From Camelus ferus (taxonomy: Eukaryota): 64,000 nucleotides of DNA. Location of the stretch: positions 46,626,001 through 46,690,000 of the forward strand of contig NC_045696.1 in NCBI RefSeq assembly GCF_009834535.1. Direction: 5' to 3'. The notes under the pieces were generated by a model that did not search any database, was not told where the DNA came from, and saw nothing but the letters and a program-made list of their open reading frames with translations. Of this stretch, positions 25,621-37,873 are shown one piece after another. The position numbers and the translations under genes are program-made. Within the stretch, counting starts at the first letter, position 1; every line of letters begins with the position of its first letter.

Positions 25621-25724
25621 AAATATGGAACGCTTCACGAATTTGCGTGTCATCCTTGCGCAGGGCTATTCTAATCCTCTCTGTATCATTCCAGTTTTAG
25701 TTTATGTGCTACTGAAGCAAGCAC
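25621..25724 (-). pseudogene. RNU6: U6 snRNA retropseudogene (full length), 5' part of a U6/L1 chimera
   Basis: The reverse complement aligns end to end with U6 (GTGCT..GCACAT..ACAGAGA..GCGCAAGGATGACACGCAAATTCGTGAAGCGTTCCATATTT), with about 9 substitutions and 1 deletion by hand count. The catalytic AGC triad reads AGA. Confidence 0.95.
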
Positions 25725-27886
25725 TGACTTGCTTTTTATACTCAGTGTTATCTTTTTGAGGTTATCCACATTGATGCAAGTAGCTAGAATTTATTTGTTT
25801 GAATTGCTATATAGTACTCGACTTTTAAATAAAGCACATGTTATTTGTCCATTGCCCTATTAGTGGATATTTACAGTATGACTTTCTGTTGACGAATTTC
25901 ATTCATTTATTCAGGTCTTTCTTTTTATATCTTACTGAAGACCTGTGCATCTTATGTTAGCTTTATTACCAGGTACCTTGAGTTTTTGTTACTGTAAATG
26001 ATATCCTTAAATCTCATGTTTTATTCATCATTGGTTCATGGGAATAAAATCAATTTTAGTGGGTTGATTTTGTGTCCAACAACTTTCCAGATTTTCTTAT
26101 TAGCCTTAAGAGATTTTGTGTAGATCCTTCTAGATTTAATTTTGAGACAATCATATAACTTGTAAATAGTGACAGTATTTTTTTCTCTCTGATCTTTATA
26201 AATTTTCTAACTTTCTTTGATATTACTACGTTGTTAAGACCTCCAGCGTAATGTTTAACAAAAGCTATGATAGTAGAAATCCTTGGCTTCTTTCTGACTA
26301 TAAAGGGACTGCTTCTAGTATTTTAAGAATTATGCCTACTATAGGTTTTCTGTGAGTTCCTGTCATAGAGACCCTCTATCAGGCTTAGAAAGTTTTCTTC
26401 TTATTTGGTTAAGTTTTTAATCATGAGAATATACTGAATTTTAGCATGTGCTTTTACTTGCATCTACTGACAGATCATAGGGTTTTCTTTTTTAATCTGC
26501 AAAGAGGATAAATTATATAAATATACTTTATTTTAAATACTGTATGAAAGCTTATTACTGTATACTTCTCATTTTTAAATTTGCTTTTGCATGTTGTCTA
26601 CTCTTTCCATTAGAACCCTTAATTATTTTAAATGCCTTGTTTCGTAATTCCAGCATCATTGTCATAGCTAAGTCTGGTTCTGATGATTACTTTGTCTCTT
26701 CCAATTGCGTTTTCTCTGCCTTTTGGCATCCCTTATAATCTTTTGTTGAGAGCTGGACATGTTATACTAGATGATAGAAATTACAGTAAATAAGCGTGTA
26801 TGAGGATTTATATTAATATGGCTAGGATTTGTGTTGTGTTTAATCTTCTTTAAGCTACAAGTGCCAGAGGCTCTAAATTCCTCCAGTGTTCTTTTTTGTC
26901 TCCTCTCTTGACTTCAGGCTTCCCTTAGTACTCCTCCTCAGAGAGAGCATATGTTTTGTGGATGTTTTAGCAGTACCCACTGTTATATGGGAGCCCCGTG
27001 GTGTGGTGCTAAGGTATGTGGGAGAGAAAGCATTCTCTAATCTTCCAATTAAATTTCAGTCCATTAGTGAGCCTGTGTCTTCAGTCTTTCACCTTCAGAA
27101 ACATTTCTCCAGTGGTATAGCTTTTCCCCACATCCCATAATTCTCTCTCTGGCTGCAGTGCTCCTGATCTATTTCTTTAAGCCTTGACCTTTGTTGACTA
27201 CATTGTCCTCTGAATTATGTGGGGCAGGAAGAGGAGAATGTATTTCCCCCTAGCTGGGATAAGGCTCTGGCAAAGTCTTTCCCCCTGGAGAGGAGATCTT
27301 TGGGTATGTTTCACAACGATTACTCTTTCTCTCCCCCTATCGGAATATTAAGAGGATCTCTCTTGGATCTTCACCACTAGAATCTGGTAGAGTTCCTGGA
27401 GGTAAAGACCATGAAACTGTGCCCATCTCTCCCAAAGCTCTGTCTTCCAGGAGTTTCTTATCCTCATTTTATTTCACACGCAGCCTCCAGTAATTCATCA
27501 AAATTGCCATTTAAGTGTTGTTACCAGGTTTGACTCCAGCAGCTTCTGTTCCATCAGATCTCAGCTGTGGCTCTACAGATGCACCTCCCTCTCCAGACTT
27601 CAAGGTGGTGGTTCACCTTGCAAACTCAGGTCTATGATGGTCCAAGAAAAGTCACTGATTTTCAGTTTATCCAGCTTTATCTTGTTATAAAAACAAGAAT
27701 GATACCTTTCAAGCTTTTTACGTGTCTGAGCAGAAACTTAGCATCTTGACTCTAGACATTTTATAGAATCCTTTTCAAGTAAGACTTTCAAGGATCCTGG
27801 ATTCATGTTGTTGACACAGCTCTAACCACCCCCGTCTATTATGTAGGCCCCAGATCTCATTCCTGTTCCTATCTGGGGTTAATATC

Positions 27887-28422
27887 TGAAGTGCAGCAGA
27901 CTATGCTACCTGGGCGTATTGGTTATTTTGAGATACAGGCTCTTGAAAAACAGCAAATTCAGGGAGAGGCTTTCTTTGCACTTATCTGTTTAAAGGCTGA
28001 TCCTCTAAAGGAAATCAGTCATCATGGATCCCCTTCTCAGGAGTTCAATTAACCAGGGAAGATTGACTCTTGTCCCAGAAGAGGAGACTAGAAGTTGATA
28101 CCACACCCAGTGTGTTGTCACAGACTATCATAACCCCATCTATTCTTCTAAGGGTCCACTCATTTTTCCTAAAAATCATTTATTCTCCCCTAAGAGGCCT
28201 ACATTCCTTCTCCCTTTTCCCTCTGAAGAGGGTATTTACGTCTGAATTCTAACCCACCTCTTTGAGTTACTCATTTTCCATGGCTATCTCCCGTGTATAC
28301 ATGATGTATAGCAGTTAATAAACTTTTGTTTGTTTTTCTCTTGTTTGTCTGTCTTTGGTTACAGGGATCTCAGCTAAGAACTCAGAAGAGCAGAGAAACA
28401 GCTATTTTTCTTCTCCTGTACA
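27887..28422 (+). mobile_element. MER34-like ERV1 solo LTR
   Basis: TGAAG...ggttattttgag...aataaac...ctcagctaagaactcagaag..ttttcttctcctgtaCA; similar to 30819-31351 and 33062-33591. Confidence 0.8.
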
Positions 28423-29894
28423 CTGTATCCAGTCCCCCAGGCAATGGGAACAGCACCATTCCATCTCCACAGCCACCACAGCATCAATTCATACACTTAC
28501 TACTCTGTTTTTCAGTTTCCTCTCTATTTTTGGCCACTGGGAATTTCTTTTCTAGTATTTTCAGATGAAAATTTATAAGAACATCCATTTGTGTTTATCT
28601 AACATCCTTAAGTATGTTTCAGGTTATTCAGTCTGTAATGTTGCTGAAATCAGCATCTAACTAGTTTTTCTATTCAAATATTTGGTGGGCTGGTGGGACT
28701 CTATGACTCCCGAGGCCTCGCTGGCCCAGGCAATGTCCTAGGCAGGGCGTCAGGACTCCCAGACACTGCTTGCTACTCTCTGCCCTTGTGACCAAGCCAT
28801 GCTGAACGTGAGAGGCCCCTCAGCACCAGTCATGGCATGAGGTCCTCCAGGGGAAGACAATGACGGTATAGTATTTCCAACAGATTTACCTGAGTTCAGT
28901 GGATACAGTCTACCCTAGCTTCTCCTGTTTGGATCTGATATACTTTTGTTCTTGAGCATCATGGATTTCTTTTGAGCTCGTCTCTATTGCACCTGTCCTA
29001 TGGTCAGCCCCAGCCTGAGCACTAGTGGACTAGACTTTGGCTCCTGACTCAGATTTGCTTTTTCCAGCTTTCATGCCTCTCTCTGATTTATCCTAAGATT
29101 TCATCTTATAACTTTTCCTTTAGAGAAAGGCTTTTGCAAATCCTGTCTCCTTCTTGGGGATATGGTTTGTTTCTTTTAATATATGGCACCAACCCAGGAA
29201 CATTTTGCTATTAAATCTGCACAGCTACTTTGGAGAAATATGGGATACCCAAGTGATCAAAGTGATGAACCCCTGGAACTTCATTTGGATTGACGCCCCA
29301 GGGTCTTATGGTGGGGGAGGTGTGTGTGAAGAGGAGTTAAATGATTTTGTCAAATATTCTAGTTTCTTGAGTTTAGTCACTGAAAGAAGGAGTTGAGGGC
29401 CATGACTCTGCAAGTTGCATAAAGGAAACATTACACTGGGGTACAGAAGCCTATTATCTGAGTCTTTTAAAAGAGCACTTTATTTTTAAGTATTTCTTTT
29501 TTTGATACAAGAATGTTAAAACTTTAACTTTTGGGTTTCTGGTTAAACTCCCTTAACAAGCACAGTGAGATGGGGTGGTTCCTGGTCCCTCAAAGGAGGT
29601 ACTCATCAAACAGTCTTCTGAAACTGAACCAGCAGGCAGGGGCTCTGGAGAACAAGCCAGGGTCACCCATACAAGAGATTGGCTAATTCAAGTATAAAAC
29701 AATAAAGAGAGAAATCTGCTGCAAGCGCCTGAGATGCCCATAATGAAGAATGCCTTTTCCTTTAGAAGGGCTTAAGTGGGTTGGTTTTAAAGAAATCCTA
29801 GAAAGCTCAGGTCCTTAGGGGCATATTTCTGTGAAAACATGGTGGAATGGTTAGTGATAAGAAGAAAGAAAGTCTTTTAGTCCTGCTAAAAGTA

Positions 29895-31701
29895 TGACTT
29901 TTCCACAGAAAATTTAATGATCTAGTAGGCTTTTATTCAGTGATTCATGAATCAGGCAGCATCTAACCTAGCAGGTGGAGAGGAACTCAGAAATGCTATA
30001 CCAGGTCAGAGATTTTTGTAGATCAATGTAATCAGGAACAAGGAAGTAATACTGGGCATTTGCTGATTAGATGAACCAGAGTAACTTGTGTGGAACAAAC
30101 AAATGTGTTGTGTATTGGTTTGATATGATTTCAAATCCAGTTATTTTTTTGATCTGAGAATGAAGTTGCTTTGTCCTAAGAGTGAAGTAGTTTACATTGA
30201 GGAAGTTGCATCAGGAAGTAGTCATTGACATCCGTGGTTGTCAATCAGCAGGTGGCTGTCCATCAGCTATTGATGAGTACTGCTGGGGCTTATCGAGAAA
30301 AACATGTTGAGGAGAGACTATGGCTAGGGGACATTTAAGCTTTAAATACCAATGTATTTGACCTGCAACTCAAGAGTGTTGGGTCTGGGCAATCCTACTC
30401 TTTGCTGATGTAAATAGCTCTCCTTCTTGGTTTGGAGTATGTTAGTTCTTTATTGGCTGACTAAGAGACATTACCCTGTATGCTATTGCTTTGTGAAATT
30501 ATTATAATCCCCACAGTGGATATGTGTTAAGTAAAATATTGGCAAGGACAATCTCAGTCTCTGAGTATAATTTGCAGCCCCAACCAAAATTAAAAAGGGA
30601 GTCTTGGGGTTGGGTCAGGTAACTTGTGCTGAGAGGCAAGTGCTGGTTAGTTGACTTCAACCTTCCTTTTCGAGGAGGCCTGAGCATGGACAGTTGCGTT
30701 CTGGTTTGCTGATGTGGGGCTTAAGCATCCGTGACTCCATCTTGGGCCTAATCGGGTTACTTTGATGGTAGGGAAAGGAGAGGGACTTTTACACGTGGTG
30801 TCATATCCCATACAGGCTTGAAGGGCTGCAGAATATGCCATCCCAGAACGTGCCTCTTTCGCATAGGGATTATTTTCGAGAAATAACAGACACAGAGAAG
30901 CTCTAAAAATAGACAAGTTACCCTTTTGTTATATTTATTACGGAAATCTCCATTTGTAAGGGTGTTTCCCTCTTTGTTACCAGGACGAGAAGGATGACTA
31001 CAAATCACAAGAAACTGTTATCACTGGAGGAGGCACAGGCTTAAAGCCACATAACAAACCGTATCCTTTTTTTTACCATGCTTTTCCTGGTAATTTCTTA
31101 TAACTGGCCTCTCTGCACCTCCCTCCCCAATATTTTTCTTCTGTCTTTATCTGAAGATGGTATATGAGGTAGCGGCTTGCGCCATCTCAGAAAGGATCTC
31201 TTTTTTCCTGGGTGTCTCTCACATATATATGAAATATATATGTTTAATAATTTTCTTTTTTTCCCCTCTTTGGTTAATTCATTTATTATTACAAGGGGTC
31301 TCAGCCAAGAACTCAGAAGGGTAGAGAGAAAATTATTTTTCTTCCCCTGTAGGCTCATATGTCAAACATTCAAACTGAGTAAACCTTTGACAGATGAACG
31401 CTCCTTTAAATCTTTGAAAATAGGAAGTTCCCGGTCCTTTTTTTAGTGTCTACTGCAAACAAAAATCTCCTTGTTTGCGGCTCTCACCTTATTGCACCTT
31501 TCAAAATAGATTGACGAGAAACAAAGTGCTCAAGACTGTTGGGAGGCCCCGTTTTGTGACCAGTGACTGTCTTATGTTCCTGGGCCGAAGAATTTCCTGG
31601 AACAAGCAAGTAAGTCGTGTTGATCTATGTGGTCTCAATTCTCAGGCAGAAACTGCTGAGCTTTCTTTCACTATTAACTGAGGTGAATCAGAGGTTTTAC
31701 A
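29895..31701 (-). mobile_element. Reverse-oriented ERV LTR-derived sequence, interrupted by a MER34-like LTR
   Basis: TG...CA ends with a near-TSD agta/agga. Reverse poly(A) signal (tttatt) near the left end and a gactccatcttg motif at ~30735. Boundaries and family uncertain. Confidence 0.5.
30819..31351 (+). mobile_element. MER34-like ERV1 solo LTR with 4-bp TSD (GGCT)
   Basis: tgaagggctgcagaatatgccatcccagaac...ttttcttcccctgta; GGCT at 30815-30818 and 31352-31355. Confidence 0.85.
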
Positions 31702-32189
31702 AGGACTTTTGCTTCTCTTTTGAGACAAAATAGGCTCATTTGTACACTTGCTTTACAGTGGGGCTCGGGGGCGGGGGGCGTTGCCTGCTTCCCCTCCCTC
31801 TGCCAGCTCTCTGACATTCTTTAACTTACTGGCTGATTCCTAGTTATCATTTCAGTGTCGCACGGGCTTCGCCTCCCATAGGAAGCTCTCCCGATTCCTT
31901 TCCCCACTCCCATCGCCGACTGCAAGGCCCCTGCCCTGGAGCATTCATGCTTTCTCAGTCACTCAGTATTATTCAGGACCGCCTCCTTGCTTGTTTCTTA
32001 AGTCTTAAGTCTGTGAGCTCCTAGAGGTCAAAAACTATCTTGGGACCATACTCTTTTCTGTTACTCTGTACCTGACACACAGCACATAACAATTTTTTTT
32101 AATGTAATCTCTCTCTCTCTTTTTTTAAAGCATTTCACAATGCAGGAAATTAAAGAAACTATACATTTACAGCTCTGTTAATTTTCTGA

Positions 32190-32832
32190 TAGTAAGACAG
32201 ATGGGAAGGGGCAAGGGCACTGCCATTAAAAGAATGACACATGATTGAGGACAGGACAAAAACTGGTTAGGACCAAGATGGCAGAAGATTTGACTCCCAG
32301 TAGACTTTGAGCTTCATTATATGCTCATTGTAGTATATTAGCATACGAAGTGGCATCGCAGCAGGTGCCACGGCAGCTCCTAGGCTGGCCGTCAAGGGCC
32401 AGAAAGAGGGTGGTGGCCCAGTTCCTGGGAACCCCTGTCCTTTCCCCCAAAGTAGTTGGAATAATCTTCCCTCTTGTTAGCTTATGAAATTACGAAGCCC
32501 ATAAAAACTAACCACCACCACACCTCGTGGCAGATCTCATTCTCTTAGATGACCCTGTGCTCTGGGGTTGCCTCTTGCCTTTTGAGATGGCCTACAATCT
32601 GTCTGTGGAATGTGTGTCTCCTAAGCCTGTTCTCTCTCACATTCGGAGACAGCCTACACCCTCTCTATGGAGTGTCCATCTCTCTGAATAAATCTGATTT
32701 CAGTCAACTATGGCTTGCTTTTGGATTCTTTCCTGTACCAAGCCAAGGACCCTCACTTGACAGGGCATGTCCCAGGGACTCGCCCAGGACCTGGGATGTG
32801 GCCATCCTCTCGTGCCCCACTTTCCTGTATCA
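32190..32832 (+). mobile_element. ERV solo LTR (lineage-specific type)
   Basis: gaccaagatggcagaag, ATAAAA box at ~32501, AATAAA at ~32687, ends ..cccactttcctgtatCA; near-TSD atag/gtag. Confidence 0.7.
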
Positions 32833-33061
32833 GTAGTGAACACAGCCATGTACCCAGCAACCAGATCAAAGAATAGAACACTTCCAGGACCCAGAAGTCC
32901 CTGTGCACTGCTCCAACTGCTTCCACTCCCTCAAAGCCGACAACTATTCTGACATCTAACACCACACGTTATTTTTTGCCATTTTTGAACTTTATATAAA
33001 TGAAATAATATAGTTGCATTCTTTTGTGTTTGCTTCTTTCATGAAACATTATGTTTGGAAG

Positions 33062-33591
33062 TGAAGGGAGCAGAATATGCTGCCCCAAAATATGCTTCTT
33101 TGGCATATGGATTATCTGGAGCTGATTATTAAGAAACAGCAGACACTGGAGAAGCTCTGAAAATCTAGTAGAACTTGTCGTTTTGTGGGGGAAATTTACC
33201 TTTATAAGGGAAATCTCCATTTGTAAGAGTATCTCCTTCTCTGTTTGAGGAAGAGAAGGATGATTCTAAGTCACAAGAAACTCTTATCAATGGAGAAGGC
33301 ACAGAAAAATCTACATAATAAATTGTATCCCTTACTTACCAGGCTTTTCCTGGTAATTCCCCATAACTGGCCTCTCCTCCATCATGCAACATTTTTCTTT
33401 TTTCTTTAGCTGAAGATAGTATTGAAGGTAGCAGCTTGCGCCACCTTGGAGAGTTATTCATTTTTCCAAGGTATCTCCCATGTATATATGGGGTATATAT
33501 ATTAATAAACTTTTTTTTCCTGTTGTGAACTTGTCTTTAATTACAAGGTGTCTCAGAAGGGTAGAGGGAAAATTCCTTTTCCTTCCCTACA
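33062..33591 (+). mobile_element. MER34-like ERV1 solo LTR
   Basis: tgaagggagcagaatatgctgccccaaaatatgcttctttggcatatggatta...aataaac...ccttccctaCA; near-TSD gaag/gaac. Confidence 0.85.
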
Positions 33592-33848
33592 GAACATTCT
33601 TCCAAGAACTTTTGTGTGTAAAGCTCCAGTTGGTTTGTTTTCCTAGCTTGGCAGTATTCCACTGTGTAAGTATACCATAATTTATTTATTTGGTCCACTC
33701 TAATTGGGCATTGAAATCTTCAGTTTGGGGTCATGATGTATAGTGCTACTATGAACATTCCCATACATGTTTCTTGGTGCACATGTGTTTGCTTTTCTAA
33801 GAGAAAAATTGATGGATCATAGGTTTTTCATATATTCATTTTTCTTGA

Positions 33849-34190
33849 TGTTGACCTGAAACAAATGGACTGCCAGATATCCCTCCTGCAAAGAAGGATT
33901 TATTCAGGATCACCAAAGAATTTGCAACTCGGGATCTGCAACCATGGTGAGCCACATGCTAGTCTCCCCATCCCAGGGAAGGAGAATGCTTTTATAGAAG
34001 GGGAGGGGAAGTTGGGAGGGCTGCAGCAAACCAGGTCCACGGCTCTTCACTGGCTGAGTCCTTGCCAGGAAAGGGGAGAGGAGTCTTTCTTCTTCCTGTT
34101 GGGCTCCACTGTCGTCACAGGGCGTGAGAGCTCCTCCTTCTGGGGTCTTGACTCTATTTAATTGAGGTTTCGGTTTATAATTTTTTAGAA
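33849..34190 (-). mobile_element. Short ERV solo LTR, reverse orientation
   Basis: tgttgacc..gatttattc (reverse AATAAA)..cttttatag (reverse TATA)..ttcactggctgag; interrupts the L1M fragment. Confidence 0.6.
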
Positions 34191-34368
34191 TAGAGAAAAC
34201 TGTGACCAGTTTTTCAAAGTGGTGTTACCAATTTTCACTCCCAGTAGCAGTGTATGAGAGTTCAACAAACGTGTTTTGAATAGATTAATAAACAAGTAAA
34301 GGAACTAAGAGTGATTTCTCCCCAAGTTTGGCTCCTAAGAGGGACACAGTCTGTCACTTTGCCCTGGA

Positions 34369-34392
34369 AAACAAACAAACAAACAAACAAAA
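34369..34392. repeat. (AAAC)n microsatellite
   Basis: aaacaaacaaacaaacaaacaaaa. Confidence 0.9.
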
Positions 34393-35560
34393 ACCCCAGA
34401 AAACAGTCTTCTGTTCCTTCCTTTTTCATTTTCTTCTTAAATATTTAATGAGTCTTAAACTACCGCTAAATGAGAATGTATATAAATGGCACCTGTGAGA
34501 AAATTCCTGTGTCACTGAAACAAAGCTATAATGTGGATGTTTCCTTTCCTGTCTTTATATTATGGCTGCTGATTACCATTCTGGGAACAATTAGCTTTGC
34601 TGGATATCAGGTTGTGAATAATTCTGAGGGTATATTTAATTTTTCAGACACTTGTGAACAATATGTCTTCTTTGGTGGGGTTGCTTAGACCCTCCTCTTG
34701 CTGTAAACATAGCCTAATCAAAAGCAATTGTGAAGGTAGACAACGGAGACCAATTAAAGTGCAGTTACTGTTGGCTGTGCGAGTTCACCAGGGCACTCCG
34801 CTCTCTGTGATGAGACTCTGCTTCTTCAGTCTAGGTGGCCACGTTACATCATCCAGTCTGGGCACCCCTGGTCCTCAGCAGGTGAGAAGGGTGAGTTAGG
34901 AGGGAAGAGAAAAGCATTGCTAAGTGGCGAGGTAATTTATTCTGGTGCCAGCACTGTTCTCTGAGAATTGCTACTTAACAGGCTTCCCTGACTGCACGTC
35001 TGTGTCATTTTCTGGAGGGCGTCTTACATTTTAGTGTAGAATCAACAAATTTTCACTTACTCCTAGGGTTTCCTCTGCAATGTGTATGAATCAGGGGAAC
35101 TCACTGAGCATCTCGTGCAGGCTCTGTGTTGGGACTTACCAAGCAGTGGTTGTCGCTATGCCCCTGCTAATAGTTATCCTAGACTCCAGGAGAAATGGGT
35201 TAACTCTGACTGGTCACCAAATGTCTGCAGCTCAGATCCACAACCTTGTGTGAAAACCCAGTAAGAGTGGGCCTGACAAATGCTCAGTGGCTTAGTTTCA
35301 AAGTGTAAAGAAACTTCAGCAAACCCATGTAAAGATTTTCAGTCTCCTGGTGCTCTGCCCATGCCTCAGAGATAGGCCTGAAACGGGGCGAGGGGCAGAC
35401 GATGGGCTTTAACCCACTGACGTCCATGTGGTAAAACACTCCATGTCTGAGCTGTGGTCTCTAGTACAAGTAGTTCCCATAAATGATAAGAGGCATATTG
35501 AATTAAGCAGACTGGGGAGTTTCACTGACTTTAAATTGGACCTTTGAGGATGAATGGAAT

Positions 35561-36588
35561 TATAGGGGAGCAAAACTTGCCACTCCAAAACATGTCTCTT
35601 TGGGCTGGGGATTATTTTGAGCTAAAAACAATCGAGGCTCAAAAAACTCAGAAAGACCCTTTGTCCTTGTCCCTAACTGCCTAAAAGAATTTAGATCAAT
35701 GACCTTTTCCAGGAAGGCAGCTATCATCCCAGATAACTATAGAGTCTAATATGAATTGGCAGTGGTGGACAGGGAGGAACTTGGCAAAGTCTGTATGTTA
35801 AAATTCCTGTGTCCCATTGTTTCTCTATGGCCCAGCAAACATTTGTTTACCAAACATTTGATTTTTTTCATCTTCTTTGTGAACGGCCTTCCTTCCCTTT
35901 GACGCCCCAAACCCTACCTCCTTTCCCTTTTCTCAGATGACATATAAACCATAATAGCTTAACTTGTCCTTGGGCCGCCTATTCTTACAGAGCCATACAT
36001 ATGTAAAATTAAATTTCATTTTCTCCTGTTAATCTGTCTCATGTCAATTTAATTCTTAGACCAGCCAGAAGAATCTAGAAGGATGGATGTATGATCAGGC
36101 CACTCAAGATGGCGGTTCTCCTGCGCTCTGCACATCCCCTGCTTGACCAGCCCCTGCCTCACCTCATGACCGACCCTCCTTCTTAATCATACAGCCTAAT
36201 CAGTAAATGCCTACAGACTTGACTCCTGCCCCAGCAAGTGGTTGTTTTGATCTAAATACCAGAACATCTCCACTTTGATAGCTTATCAAATGGGCAGTGA
36301 GGGGTGTGCACCCCTGCTGGTTTCCCTGGTAACCAATGAGCCATCCTGAAGTCAATTCCCCCTGTCACTGGTAACCCCCCACCCCCAGGGAAGACTGCCG
36401 CCACGTCCTACCTGCTGTCTGCTGTGCACAGTGGGATGTCACTCCAGGACCTTGCTTCAGACGTGGACAATCCCCCATCCGTTAAACCCCTGATGTCTCT
36501 ACAGCTGACCCTGGGCTCTTTCTTCAGGTCTTGGGGCTGCGCAAGCACAGAGTGCAGCCCAACTGCAAACTTTTTTTCCTCTTCATCA
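35561..36588 (+). mobile_element. MER34-like ERV1 solo LTR with 4-bp TSD (GAAT), interrupted near its 3' end
   Basis: tataggggagcaaaacttgcccactccaaaacatgtctctttggg..gattattttgagct..; 3' remnant aactttttttcctcttcatCA; GAAT at 35557-35560 and 36589-36592. Confidence 0.8.
36088..36563 (+). mobile_element. Younger ERV solo LTR nested in the MER34-like LTR
   Basis: Starts tgtatgatcaggcc..caagatggcgg, CCAAT at ~36333, ends ..tgcagcccaac; the host LTR resumes directly after. Confidence 0.7.
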
Positions 36589-36810
36589 GAATTCAATTCA
36601 ACAATACTTACTGAAAAGACTCCGTGGAAGAGATAAAAACAAAGTTTGTGCCTCCATCACGCTTTTAATCTCATACTATATTGACACGAGAGACATGCCC
36701 GTGGTCCCTAGTGACGCTGTACCTGTCTTCCCTGGGAATTAGGGCTTCTTTGTCCCATGGGAGGACTTTGGGACCCATAGTCATGGACCCATGGGCTAAG
36801 ACTTCCAGAG

Positions 36811-37348
36811 TGATAAGACCCAGGACACACTTCCCCAAAATATGCCACCTTGGCATATTGAATATCTTAAGTTGAAGAAGTTTGAGGAAACAGCAGGTGC
36901 AGGAAGGTCACTCTGACCTGCCCCCATCATTCCTTCTTCCATGAAAGCAGCAGACAAAGCTTTCATGTGAAAGGTGCCCTCCCTGTACCGAGAGGGAGGA
37001 AGACATCCCTGTCACCAGAGACAGGACATTTGGGGCCAGTAAATTTGTACAAATAAACCGTGTCAAACCAATCCTTATTTCCTAGTCATTTCTTCACCAC
37101 TTACGACCCCAGCCCAAAGCCCACGGTCTGGTCAATTCTTTGTTTTTACTTATTTTCATTGTTTCTTTGTCTAAAAGGGATAAAAGCTTCCCACTCTGGC
37201 CACTTCTTCAGGTCTTTGTTCTCTCGTGAAAGCTCCCACGTGCATGGAAAAATGCAATGAAATGTGTGCTTTTCTCCTATAAATATGTCTTATCTCAATT
37301 TAATTCTTAGGCCCAAAGAGGGTGAAAGACAATTTTTCCTCTCCGACA
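36811..37348 (+). mobile_element. MER34-like ERV1 solo LTR
   Basis: tgataagacccagg..ccccaaaatatgccaccttggcatattgaatatcttaag...ttttcctctccgaCA; close homolog of 55200-55693. Confidence 0.85.
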
Positions 37349-37873
37349 GTTCACCTAAAAAAAATCCCAGTGAATTCTAACTTCTTCTGTGACCAAAACT
37401 AATGTAATAGTAAGTATATTAACCAGAAAAAGAGAATTAAGAAATAATTACCTAAATACATATATTTAAGTATGTTTTGTGCTGTTTTAACATTGGTAGT
37501 TTTTTATTGTCTATATTCATATAGATAAGAGATTTCTGGGGCCAAAACAGATTACAATTACCAGCTCACAGTGATGATCTCATTGACGCCCTTTTGTCCC
37601 AGTTCTTCTCCTTAGAGAGTTGTGATGAGGGCAGGATCATGAACCTGGGAACTTGTGTTAAATCTCCCCTCCTGAGGGCAGAAAAGAAACTTCATCTCCC
37701 TAATGAAAGCAAAGTCCCCTTGGGAAGAGAAGAAGGATTCCTGGGTTGCTACTTTTTAAAATATAAATAAATGTCTCTGGTGGATGAGGAGGACGTCATC
37801 TCTGAGTTACAGCCTCTGGAAAGTCTCCAAGGCTTGGGTCTCAACCCCCGTTGCATGTAAACACATGCCTCAG

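Larger units (their letters stand above)
25400..27750 (-). mobile_element. Old L1M LINE fragments (host of the U6/L1 chimera)
   Basis: T-rich reverse L1 segments such as ttatttgtccatt..agtggatattta, agacaatcatataacttgtaaatagtgacag and gacctccagcgtaatgtttaac..ccttggc. Confidence 0.65.
32835..34262 (-). mobile_element. Old L1M 3' fragment split by two LTR insertions
   Basis: gacaactattctgacatct..gaactttatataaatgaaataata..; agtattccactgtgtaagtataccataatttattt..tgctactatgaacattc; ttttcaaagtggtgttaccaattttcactcccagtagcagtgtatgagagtt. Confidence 0.75.

Noticed and set aside
25621..25724. Functional U6 snRNA gene
   Set aside because: About 10 differences including the AGC triad, fusion to an L1 tail, a flanking TSD and L1M-derived upstream sequence instead of a U6 promoter.
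25553..25759. 68-aa ORF containing MERFTNLRVILAQG
   Set aside because: It is the antisense translation of the U6 pseudogene and L1 tail, not a gene.
30819..33591. Provirus bounded by the two similar LTRs at 30819 and 33062
   Set aside because: Each LTR has its own (near-)TSD, and the intervening DNA is other LTR/L1 sequence with no gag/pol/env or primer-binding site seen.
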